From Wickerhamiella versatilis (lineage: Eukaryota), in assembly GCA_030867685.1 (NCBI GenBank), contig JAQOWU010000008.1, positions 4,030,001-4,094,000 of the forward strand: a DNA stretch of 64,000 bases. The letters are read 5' to 3'. This document shows, in pieces, positions 21,838-30,433 of this stretch (the first letter of the stretch is position 1; the number at the start of each line of letters is the position of its first letter). Made by a program: the position numbers and the translations under genes. Under the pieces are notes generated by a model. It had not been told where the DNA came from. It saw nothing but the letters and a program-made list of their open reading frames with translations, and searched no databases.

Positions 21838-22800
21838 TCAGGAAAATAATCTCTCAGCCAACTCTTTGAAATCTCGAAGCTCATCCCCTTTAATTTTGTA
21901 AGTGTGATCAGCGGTTGGGAACTTCCGCCCCCGTACTTCGTCACGATATTCTTCAATGGCAGCCACGCTATTTGTTAGCAAGCTTGAATATCTTTTCAAG
22001 AATTTTGGCGTGAAACCGTCAAAACCGCCTAACATATCGAGTTGCACAAGTACCTGTCCTGAGACGCTGGGCCCTGCTCCAATTCCAATTATTGGAATTT
22101 TCGACTTTGTTGCTATTATTTTAGCTACCTGTGCTGGAACACCTTCAAGAAGAAGCATTGAAGCTCCAGCTTCTTGCAATGCAACGGCATCCTCCAAAAT
22201 TCGCATGGCTTCTAGGCTCGTACTACCCTGCACTTTAAAACCACCGGTTGAAATTGCGCGTTGGGGCGTTAAGCCTATATGCGGCATAGTGGCTATCCCA
22301 TATGAAGCTAGATGACTGACAGTGGGCACCAGCTCTTGCCCACCTTCAAATTTCACCGCTTCTGCACCACCTTTTTTTATCATCCTCAAGGCACTCTCGG
22401 TCGCTTGGGTTGGACCGAGTTCATAGGATCCAAACGGCAAGTCCGCAACCAAAAAAGGTCTTTTAGATCCCCGTAATACAGCGCGAGTGTGATATATCAT
22501 GTCTTCAAGTTCTACCTCGGTTGTGGAGTCATATCCCAAGCTCACCATTGCAAGCGAATCACCAACCAAAAGGAGATCCACACCCGCGCGATCAGCAATT
22601 CTTGCACTAATGGCATCATGAGCAGTTATGCAAACTATAGGCTCCGAATTCGCATGCATCTTCTGAAGTTGGGGGAGTGTCATCTTCGACAGACCGGCTG
22701 AATGCGGACTGTCATAATGACTGAACCGCTTTCCGATATTGCGCAAGACTGATTTGCTGCCTAAACTCCCGAGATGCTTTGAAAAAACAGAATATAGCAT
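21838..22800 (-). CDS. ECM31: Ketopantoate hydroxymethyltransferase (PanB) with mitochondrial presequence
   Basis: LLVGDSLAMV, ADLPFGSY, AVKFEGG, HIGLTPQ, IGIGAG; basic N-terminal extension. Confidence 0.93.
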   Translation of the reverse strand: MLYSVFSKHLGSLGSKSVLRNIGKRFSHYDSPHSAGLSKMTLPQLQKMHANSEPIVCITAHDAISARIADRAGVDLLLVGDSLAMVSLGYDSTTEVELEDMIYHTRAVLRGSKRPFLVADLPFGSYELGPTQATESALRMIKKGGAEAVKFEGGQELVPTVSHLASYGIATMPHIGLTPQRAISTGGFKVQGSTSLEAMRILEDAVALQEAGASMLLLEGVPAQVAKIIATKSKIPIIGIGAGPSVSGQVLVQLDMLGGFDGFTPKFLKRYSSLLTNSVAAIEEYRDEVRGRKFPTADHTYKIKGDELRDFKELAERLFS

Positions 22801-23240
22801 AAACCAGAGTGCAACTAAACGTCGGAAGGAATAAAGAATGAACTTTCCTTTACCCAGTGATTACAGTAAGCACACGCGGTTCATTAAATTGTTGTTACGC
22901 CAAAGATATTTGTTGCTAGTATTTCATCATTAAAAGATATTACTTGAAAAGCATTGAAACTAGAACCTAAAGCTTCGGAGATTATGGGCTATCTTGCAGC
23001 ATAATGGTAACAAAAGCTACTAACAAAACGGCACGACGCGAACGATGTGCACGTGTCGGGCCCGTGTCGGGCCGCTTTGATTCTTCTATTCCCAGTCAGA
23101 GTCACCATTTAACCCAGGGAAAAGGATTATTGATTTATCATGGCTAATTTCGTTACTATTATTATTATTATTATCATTTTAAAAGTGGAGTGTACACAAT
23201 TCGACTTGGCAACTGGATCATATTAGTCAGGTAGACATCA

Positions 23241-24524
23241 ATGTGGTCGACAGTTTCAGCTTATGCTGCTAATAGCCCCGCAAACCTTAAGCTTAAAGAT
23301 GGAAAGGAGATCAATCACTCAGAGTTGATTGAAGATATCACTGAAGCGCAAGATGGGTATTACTATGTCAATCAAGCTTTCATAAATAATGGTCATTTCC
23401 AGACGCTCCTAGCATCACGGCCATATGATGATCAGTGGCAAGTTTGGTATGGACGTAGACTCATTCGCTGGAGCGATGGCTCCCAGAATAGCGTGGACTA
23501 TGCTATTGACCCCCCAGCATCGAAAACAGAATGGGAGGAAGATATTCAATACAAGCCAGTTCCCGACTTGCCAAGATTTCCTGTTAGAACACGTTACCTG
23601 CGTCCTGAGGAGATTAAGCCTATCGAGGAATCAGATGAGCCACTGGTGATACATCTCCACGGACTCACTGGCGGGTCCCACGAAAATTATGTTCGTTGTG
23701 CAATCAAGGAGCTGGAAAAAATGGGTCTCAAGTCATGTGTCTTAACCACACGAGGTTGTAACCGCACACCAATTACAACCCCATATCTTTTCAATGCTTG
23801 TTGGACAGAGGACATCAGGAACTTTGTCAATCATCTTATATCAGTCTTTCCTCAGAGACCGCTTTTTTTGGCTGGTTATTCGCTTGGAGCGGCAGTTCTG
23901 GCGAACTATCTTGGTCAAGAGGGTGACAGACTTCCACAGCAGATTAAAGCAGCAGTGTCTGTAGCCAATCCTTGGGATCTGAACATCTCAAGCTGGTCTC
24001 TGGAAAAATCGTGGTGTGGTCAATATTTGTATGGTAAAGCAATGGCTTCAAATCTCATAAGACTTTTGCGCAACAACAAGAAGACGCTTGATGAGAGCCC
24101 TATATTCCGGGATCAGTGGGAGAAGGCAAAACATATGCAATTTAATAGCATATCAGACTTCGACAGCATGTTCACCGCACCAATATTTGACTTTGATGGG
24201 TGTAGGGATTATTATCGCGCTGCCTCACCCATAAACCGTATCCACACAATTAGGGTTCCACTCCTCATTCTTCACGCACTGGATGACCCTATTGTCACCA
24301 AGGACGTCATTCCCTTCAAAGAGACTGAGTCAAATCCGTATCTTCATCTTTTGACAACGTCAACCGGTGGCCATCTTGGATGGTTTGGCCGAGATAGTGA
24401 CCGATGGTATTCGGTGGTTCTCGCAAAATATCTGGGCGGCTTCCTGGATAAAGTAGATCTTAATGTTCGTCCTAAAGCTACAGTGAGGGAACGATGGTTC
24501 CAGGGCGACCGTTTTGTTGTTTAA
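23241..24524 (+). CDS. Eht1/Eeb1/Mgl2-family alpha/beta hydrolase/acyltransferase
   Basis: NGHFQT, LHGLTGGSHENYVR, GYSLGA nucleophile elbow, ALDDPIV, GGHLGWF. Confidence 0.88.
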   Translation: MWSTVSAYAANSPANLKLKDGKEINHSELIEDITEAQDGYYYVNQAFINNGHFQTLLASRPYDDQWQVWYGRRLIRWSDGSQNSVDYAIDPPASKTEWEEDIQYKPVPDLPRFPVRTRYLRPEEIKPIEESDEPLVIHLHGLTGGSHENYVRCAIKELEKMGLKSCVLTTRGCNRTPITTPYLFNACWTEDIRNFVNHLISVFPQRPLFLAGYSLGAAVLANYLGQEGDRLPQQIKAAVSVANPWDLNISSWSLEKSWCGQYLYGKAMASNLIRLLRNNKKTLDESPIFRDQWEKAKHMQFNSISDFDSMFTAPIFDFDGCRDYYRAASPINRIHTIRVPLLILHALDDPIVTKDVIPFKETESNPYLHLLTTSTGGHLGWFGRDSDRWYSVVLAKYLGGFLDKVDLNVRPKATVRERWFQGDRFVV

Positions 24525-24587
24525 ATATTTTGCAGTATTTAGGAACATATATTTGTTGCTTGCTGGAAGAATTTCGATGCATAAAAC

Positions 24588-25190
24588 CTACTTACTTTCA
24601 TTTTCGGTGCTCAAATGAGGACGACGATAATCCTGGCGGAATACTGTCATGCTAAAAATTCCTGCATTAACAAATCGAACCGGATATAGGGAAGGGCGGA
24701 CTGGCATAGATTGCCCTTGTATCCATGAATCCGAGTCTTCGGGTGGGTCACCCTCAAAGAGAAGGGTCATTGAACGATCTTCATCCGTGCTAATTGAATT
24801 AGTAGCACGGGTCATGGTTGATACAATACAGGAGCGATATTGTGATTTTAACTCGTCAATTTCCAAATCGATGGTATCGAAGTCGTTTCCAGGACGGGGG
24901 AGATGGCTTATGTCCAGCACCAAACGCTCATAAGGAACGAAGCCATCTGTGGTAACTAGGCACAACCTTTTTTTGTCCTTTGTTGTTCTAATGACAGCTA
25001 CTGCATCGCGGGCAGCTTCAGTAGCCCATTGCTGAACGCCTGGGTGGTTACTATGAGGCACAGCCATATCGTAGCTGCGGACATAAGCGAATGTCTCACG
25101 AGGATATATGTCTCTTGCATATGCATATGTATGAATTAGGGCCTCGATGAACTCTTCAAAGGCGTCCCAAAGGTCACTCAAGAAGGCCAT
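24588..25190 (-). CDS. REV7: HORMA-domain protein Rev7 (Pol zeta subunit)
   Basis: EFIEALIHTYAYARDIYPRETF, HPGVQQW, PYERLVLDI. Start at the ATG at 25190. Confidence 0.8.
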   Translation of the reverse strand: MAFLSDLWDAFEEFIEALIHTYAYARDIYPRETFAYVRSYDMAVPHSNHPGVQQWATEAARDAVAVIRTTKDKKRLCLVTTDGFVPYERLVLDISHLPRPGNDFDTIDLEIDELKSQYRSCIVSTMTRATNSISTDEDRSMTLLFEGDPPEDSDSWIQGQSMPVRPSLYPVRFVNAGIFSMTVFRQDYRRPHLSTENESK

Positions 25191-25365
25191 GCCATTCTTG
25201 TTGCGGCTGACACACACAGTCAGTTGGCTATCGAGGACATCGCAAATTATGGGTGAACGCTCGCCATCTAAAATATTGTAAATATATAAATTATAACTCT
25301 TTTTTACCTTATGATGTTTATTGAGAGAAAACCTCTCCACAACGATTAGGTCATACATACTTAGA

Positions 25366-25371
25366 ACGCGT
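25366..25371. promoter_or_regulatory. MCB element (ACGCGT) in the REV7/PMS1 divergent promoter
   Basis: Exact ACGCGT 18 bp upstream of the PMS1 ATG. This fits G1/S repair genes, but a hexamer can occur by chance. Confidence 0.45.
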
Positions 25372-25389
25372 GGGTAGTTGGTGGATGCC

Positions 25390-27903
25390 ATGATAAATGC
25401 AATTGACCAGAGGTCAGTGGATCAAATTACTAGTGGACAGGTTGTCACAAGCCTCGCGTCAGCGGCCAAGGAGTTAGTAGAGAATGCATTGGATGCAGGC
25501 GCAACATCCATTGATGTGCGTTTAGTGAATTATGGTCGCGATGGATTCAGTGTCCAGGATAATGGTAGCGGAATCTCACCAGAGGATTTTGAGCTTTTAG
25601 CTAAAAAACATGCAACCTCTAAGCTGCGGACTTTCACTGATCTTAATTCTGTAGTCACACTAGGGTTTCGTGGAGAGGCACTGGCGTCCCTATGCGCATT
25701 AGCAAATGTCGTTGTGACCACAAATAATGGTAGTGGTGGCTTTCGTCTCGAGTTCGACGAGTATGGTGGTATCAAGTCAAAACAAGAAATTGCGGCACCC
25801 CGTGGGACGTTGGTTCAGGTAAATGATCTTTTTTGGGCCTTGCCTGTGCGCAGAAAGGACTTTGAACGCAACTCACAGCGTGAATATGCCAAATTAGTCT
25901 CAATTCTACAGGAATATGCTATCATAAACCCCGTGAGACTTACGATTGAGCACAATATTAAGGGACGCAGAAATCGCACGCTTCAGAGCCAAGGGCAAGA
26001 CTTGAAGCAAAGGTTAGCCTGTAATTTTGGGGCAAACCGTTTGAAATCACTAGTATTCATGAATGTAATGCTTACCGACAGAATTTCTCTGAAAGGCTAT
26101 ATATCTGAACCTGTATTTGGAAAGGGAGAACAGTCTGCGGAAAAGCAGTTTTTATTCATCAATGGCCGACCAACGAAGCAACAAAAGGTTTGCAGGGCAA
26201 TCACAGAGACATATAAACTTTTCAATTCCGTTGAATCGCCTTTTTTCGCTCTGAATTTAGAGCTTCTGCCTAGCGAGTATGATGTTAATATATCACCCGA
26301 TAAACGCCAGATACTCCTACACAATGAGGAGAGACTATTGCAAGAGGTTAGAGAAACCGTTAAGAATTTCTTGGACAGTTCAGGGCACAACGTTCCCCGG
26401 GTTGCAACCATAGAGGGACCTCCACAGAAACGTGCTCGCCAAGCCAGATTATCGCTTGCAAAATATGCAGGAACAGGTGAAATATTCAGTCAAAATGAAA
26501 CCGAGGTTTCAACAGAAAACAGTACTTTGGATGATTCCTCACGCATTTGCGAAAGCATTGCTGATGCCCCTACAGTCGAAGAAGATGTTCAGGAGGATAC
26601 TGCTTCCCAGCCTGCTGATCCCGAAAATAGTGAGAGTGAAGAAGAGAATGCAGTTAGCGAAAAAGAGCATCCAGCAACACCAACGACACCAAGAAGACCA
26701 ACACAGCCCAACTTGGTACAATCGCCAAACAAAGATGAGCAAGTAGCTAGTCAATATAACTCGAGATCGAACTCAGAGCGAGAAACACCGAGGGAGAAAG
26801 AAGCTCAAACGGAAGAAATCGAGTTATCTGGTGATGACTCTGAGTCCTCGACTGGGTCCGTCAGTAGCCAGGAGTCTCAGCAATCATCACCTATGGTCTC
26901 AGTTAATATTTCGGATGTTTCTACCTCCAACAGGCCTCGAGCATCTACTTCTAGGGCTTCTAGGGGTAATCAAAGTGGCAGCTACGAGAAGCGGAACTCT
27001 CACAATACCTTTGAAGTGAATATCGCGGACCTCCCAGAATCCGTCAAGGAAGCTGAGTCTGATCTTCTCAACAGGAGGCCGGTACCTACCACTGGGTTTC
27101 TGCAAAACACTCGCAGAAGTCCAATTAAAGTCCATAATTCACCGAAAAAGGAAAAGCCTGGGAGAGATCCGCATACAACACTCCTCAATACTCATCTTCT
27201 TCTACCAATAGGTATTGACGAAATTAAGGCACAGATGGGGGAATTGAATACTCCCAAGAACGAGATTCGGAACTTTGACATCGATGGGGCTAATGCAGAG
27301 GAACGTTTAAGCTTGACTGTGCGTAAATCTGACTTTAGAGAAATGCGGGTGGTTGGCCAATTTAATTTAGGGTTCATTCTTGTCGTAAAACCGGGCAAAG
27401 ACGACGAACTGTTCGTTATTGATCAGCATGCGAGTGATGAGATATATAACTTTGAGAGGTTGCAGCGTCATACTGTGCTGAGTCGACAACCGCTGGTCGT
27501 ACCTCACCCCTTAGAGCTGAGTGCTGTTGAAGAGCTCACTGTCCAGCATCATATGGGCATATTTGAAAACAATGGGTTCACAATTTCAGTAGACCAAAGT
27601 GCTGAACCGGGATCTCAGTGCTCACTTTTGGCACTCCCTTATTCCAAGAATACCGTCTTTAATGAAAAGGATATACACGAATTAATTTACAGAATACAGG
27701 AGGCACCAGAGAACTCAGAAGTGAAATGCTCCAAACTAAGAGCAATGTTTGCTATGAGGGCTTGTCGTTCTTCTATCATGGTTGGACGACCGCTCTCACT
27801 TGGCACAATGCGTCGTGTTGTAACAAATCTCGGCACCCTTGATAAACCATGGAATTGTCCACATGGCAGGCCGACATTGCGCCATATTACTACACTCTAC
27901 TAG
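25390..27903 (+). CDS. PMS1: MutL-alpha endonuclease subunit Pms1
   Basis: KELVENALDAGA, GFRGEAL, DQHASDEIYNFE, ACR and CPHGRP motifs. ATG at 25390. Confidence 0.96.
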   Translation: MINAIDQRSVDQITSGQVVTSLASAAKELVENALDAGATSIDVRLVNYGRDGFSVQDNGSGISPEDFELLAKKHATSKLRTFTDLNSVVTLGFRGEALASLCALANVVVTTNNGSGGFRLEFDEYGGIKSKQEIAAPRGTLVQVNDLFWALPVRRKDFERNSQREYAKLVSILQEYAIINPVRLTIEHNIKGRRNRTLQSQGQDLKQRLACNFGANRLKSLVFMNVMLTDRISLKGYISEPVFGKGEQSAEKQFLFINGRPTKQQKVCRAITETYKLFNSVESPFFALNLELLPSEYDVNISPDKRQILLHNEERLLQEVRETVKNFLDSSGHNVPRVATIEGPPQKRARQARLSLAKYAGTGEIFSQNETEVSTENSTLDDSSRICESIADAPTVEEDVQEDTASQPADPENSESEEENAVSEKEHPATPTTPRRPTQPNLVQSPNKDEQVASQYNSRSNSERETPREKEAQTEEIELSGDDSESSTGSVSSQESQQSSPMVSVNISDVSTSNRPRASTSRASRGNQSGSYEKRNSHNTFEVNIADLPESVKEAESDLLNRRPVPTTGFLQNTRRSPIKVHNSPKKEKPGRDPHTTLLNTHLLLPIGIDEIKAQMGELNTPKNEIRNFDIDGANAEERLSLTVRKSDFREMRVVGQFNLGFILVVKPGKDDELFVIDQHASDEIYNFERLQRHTVLSRQPLVVPHPLELSAVEELTVQHHMGIFENNGFTISVDQSAEPGSQCSLLALPYSKNTVFNEKDIHELIYRIQEAPENSEVKCSKLRAMFAMRACRSSIMVGRPLSLGTMRRVVTNLGTLDKPWNCPHGRPTLRHITTLY

Positions 27904-27944
27904 GTTTATTCCAGAAAAGACTCAAATTTCCATAGATAATTACG

Positions 27945-29006
27945 CTAGACATGTAATGCTTGCGACGTCTGGGTTGCAACGTTGAGCAATTCCAACTGCT
28001 CATCCGCTCCGTCGCAAAGTCTTCTATCAGCTTCACTAAGACAAAGTGCAATAAGATTTTTAGCCTTTGGATTGATCGCAGGATCACAAATGAGACGGTC
28101 ATGAAGCTGTTCAATTAGACGAGCCACACTCCATCCTTCAAGAATGCAAGACTGAACGACATTTTCTATACGTCGTTGTACACCCCGATTCATTGACTGT
28201 ACAAGGGTATCAATGCTGGCCTGCGGAATTGTTCCACTGAGTTCATCGATAAGCTCCACGGTCACATCGGGGTCGGCAAGGCCTGATGCAGATTGGAGCA
28301 ATGTGATCGCTCGCCTCAAATCACCAGAGCTAATATCGAGAAGGTGACTCAGGCAATCATCGGTTGTACTAACATTCTCCTGGTCAGCGATATATTTGAG
28401 ACGTCCCAATGAATTAGTCTTGTCCAGCTCATGAAATCGGAATTTCGAACAGCGAGATGCAAGTGGGTCAATTATTCTCGTTACATAGTTACAGATAAGA
28501 CAGAAACGAGTCATTTTTGAGTAGTTTTCCATTGTCCGACGCAACGCTGCCTGTGCATCCTGTGTCATTTGGTCTGCCTCATCCAATATCACCAGTTTAA
28601 AGTCTGGACATGGATAGTGCTCCCTGCTTTCTGCAGATGGCGCACTTACTACCGTCCGGGCAAAATTCTTGATTTTATCTCGAACAACTGATATTCCACG
28701 TTCGTCACTGGCATTTAGTTCCAGTACACGCGTTTTTGAAAGCTCAGGTCCAAACAAATCCTTCGCTAGAGCTAAAATTGTCGAAGTCTTACCTGTTCCA
28801 GGAGGTCCGTAGAAAAGCATATGCGGCAGATTCGCGCTTAACAACATTCTTTTCAGAACATTGACTATTTGCGTCTGAGCAGCCACATCGTTGAGCGTTC
28901 GAGGCCTATATTTTTCTGCCCAAGGAGCCTTGCGTGGCTGCGTTTCGCTTGGCTGCTTTCGCTTAAAAAAGGCCGAAGACATAACTACGCGACCCACAAC
29001 TGACAT
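27945..29006 (-). CDS. RFC2: Replication factor C subunit 2 (start may be the ATG at 28982)
   Basis: PWAEKYRP, GPPGTGKT, ELNASDERGI, CPDFKLVILDEAD, SRC. Confidence 0.93.
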   Translation of the reverse strand: MSVVGRVVMSSAFFKRKQPSETQPRKAPWAEKYRPRTLNDVAAQTQIVNVLKRMLLSANLPHMLFYGPPGTGKTSTILALAKDLFGPELSKTRVLELNASDERGISVVRDKIKNFARTVVSAPSAESREHYPCPDFKLVILDEADQMTQDAQAALRRTMENYSKMTRFCLICNYVTRIIDPLASRCSKFRFHELDKTNSLGRLKYIADQENVSTTDDCLSHLLDISSGDLRRAITLLQSASGLADPDVTVELIDELSGTIPQASIDTLVQSMNRGVQRRIENVVQSCILEGWSVARLIEQLHDRLICDPAINPKAKNLIALCLSEADRRLCDGADEQLELLNVATQTSQALHV

Positions 29007-29350
29007 AAGCTGAATGGTCCGATACTTATCAAGGATGATGTGGAAAGCTTAGAGCGGTATAAATTGCTATTTACTTGCGCAGTAATTTGGTTAGGAAACG
29101 GTTATCCTTGTGTACCGGTAGAAATTCGTGTTGAATTACCAATTATATACAATCGAACGAGTCTGAGATGTCTATTTGCACAGTACAGTGGCTATACCAA
29201 CTTAAACTAAAAAATCTCGCTGGTGGCGTCAAAATCACTCAAATGAGAAGCCTTAAGTTTTAATTCTTGGATCAGGTTTATGAATCACGCGATCTGACGA
29301 AATCATTGAACATTTATAGCGCAACCTGAGGCTAGGGTAACACGTCAATC

Positions 29351-30343
29351 ATGCCGAAACGAATTGAGTTCGCAAAACAGGGAGGCCCCGAAGTTCTGGA
29401 ATACGTGGATTTCAAGCCTTCGAGTCCAGCTAGTGGTGAAATTCTTGTGAAATTGCATGCTATTGGATTGAACTACATTGACACCTATTATCGTAGTGGT
29501 GTTTACCCGGTTCCAGGCCTACCTTCAGGTTTAGGCGGAGAAGGTGCGGGTGTTGTCGACGCCGTAGGACCTGATGTCACTGAATTTAAGGTCGGGGATA
29601 AAGTCGTTTACTTGGAGGCTTTTGGTTCTGATGCGGAGTACCAAACAGTCTCTGTGAAGAGTACTGTCAAGCTCCCAGACGGTGTGCCATTCGATACTGC
29701 TGCCGCAGTGTTTCTCAAGGGACTTACTGTGCAATATCTTCTGCGCAAAGTCTATCAACCACAGCCTGGGGAAACAGTACTATTTCATGCTGCGGCTGGT
29801 GGCGTCGGTCTTATCTTCTTGCAGTGGGCACGCCATCTAGGCATAAAAGTCATTGCAACTGCCGGATCAGAAGAGAAAATAAAACTCGCAAAGAAATTCG
29901 GTGCCTGGGAGGGTATTAATTATAACAAGGAGGACTTTGCTCGTCGGGTGTCGGAACTGACGAATGGGGAGAAGGTGAAAGTCGTCTACGATAGTGTGGG
30001 GAAGAGCACATTTGAGGGGTCTCTAGATTCGTTGGCCAGAAGGGGACTACTGGTAACTTATGGCAATGCTTCGGGTCCTATCACAAATGTAAACCTTGGA
30101 ATCCTAACGGCAAAGGGATCACTATATGTTACAAGACCGAGCCTTGGTGGGTATATTGATAGTCATGAAGACCTGATAACCTCAAGCAACGAACTATTTG
30201 GGTTGATCAAGGATGGTATAATAAAGGTCGAGATTTCACAGCGTTATAGTCTTGCGGAAACTCGCAAAGCTCACGAGGAGCTGGAATCGCGCAAGACTAC
30301 TGGCTCGTCTGTTATATACCCCGAGGAGTATTTTAAAGCTTAA
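29351..30343 (+). CDS. qor: NADPH:quinone oxidoreductase (MDR family), bacterial QorA-like
   Basis: RIEF...GGPEVL, AIGLNYIDTYYRSG, FHAAAGGVG, VVYDSVGK, VNLGILTAKGSLYVTRPSL, SRKTTGS. Confidence 0.9.
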   Translation: MPKRIEFAKQGGPEVLEYVDFKPSSPASGEILVKLHAIGLNYIDTYYRSGVYPVPGLPSGLGGEGAGVVDAVGPDVTEFKVGDKVVYLEAFGSDAEYQTVSVKSTVKLPDGVPFDTAAAVFLKGLTVQYLLRKVYQPQPGETVLFHAAAGGVGLIFLQWARHLGIKVIATAGSEEKIKLAKKFGAWEGINYNKEDFARRVSELTNGEKVKVVYDSVGKSTFEGSLDSLARRGLLVTYGNASGPITNVNLGILTAKGSLYVTRPSLGGYIDSHEDLITSSNELFGLIKDGIIKVEISQRYSLAETRKAHEELESRKTTGSSVIYPEEYFKA

Positions 30344-30433
30344 ATTAAGGTGAAATAGCTCTATAGTATGAACCCGCGGTATCACTCTTCAAGTACAAAT
30401 ATGCGATTAATTATAGGATTATTATTATTTTTT

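Noticed and set aside
21838-22800. panB as another bacterial transfer
   Set aside because: It has a mitochondrial-type presequence and fits native fungal Ecm31.
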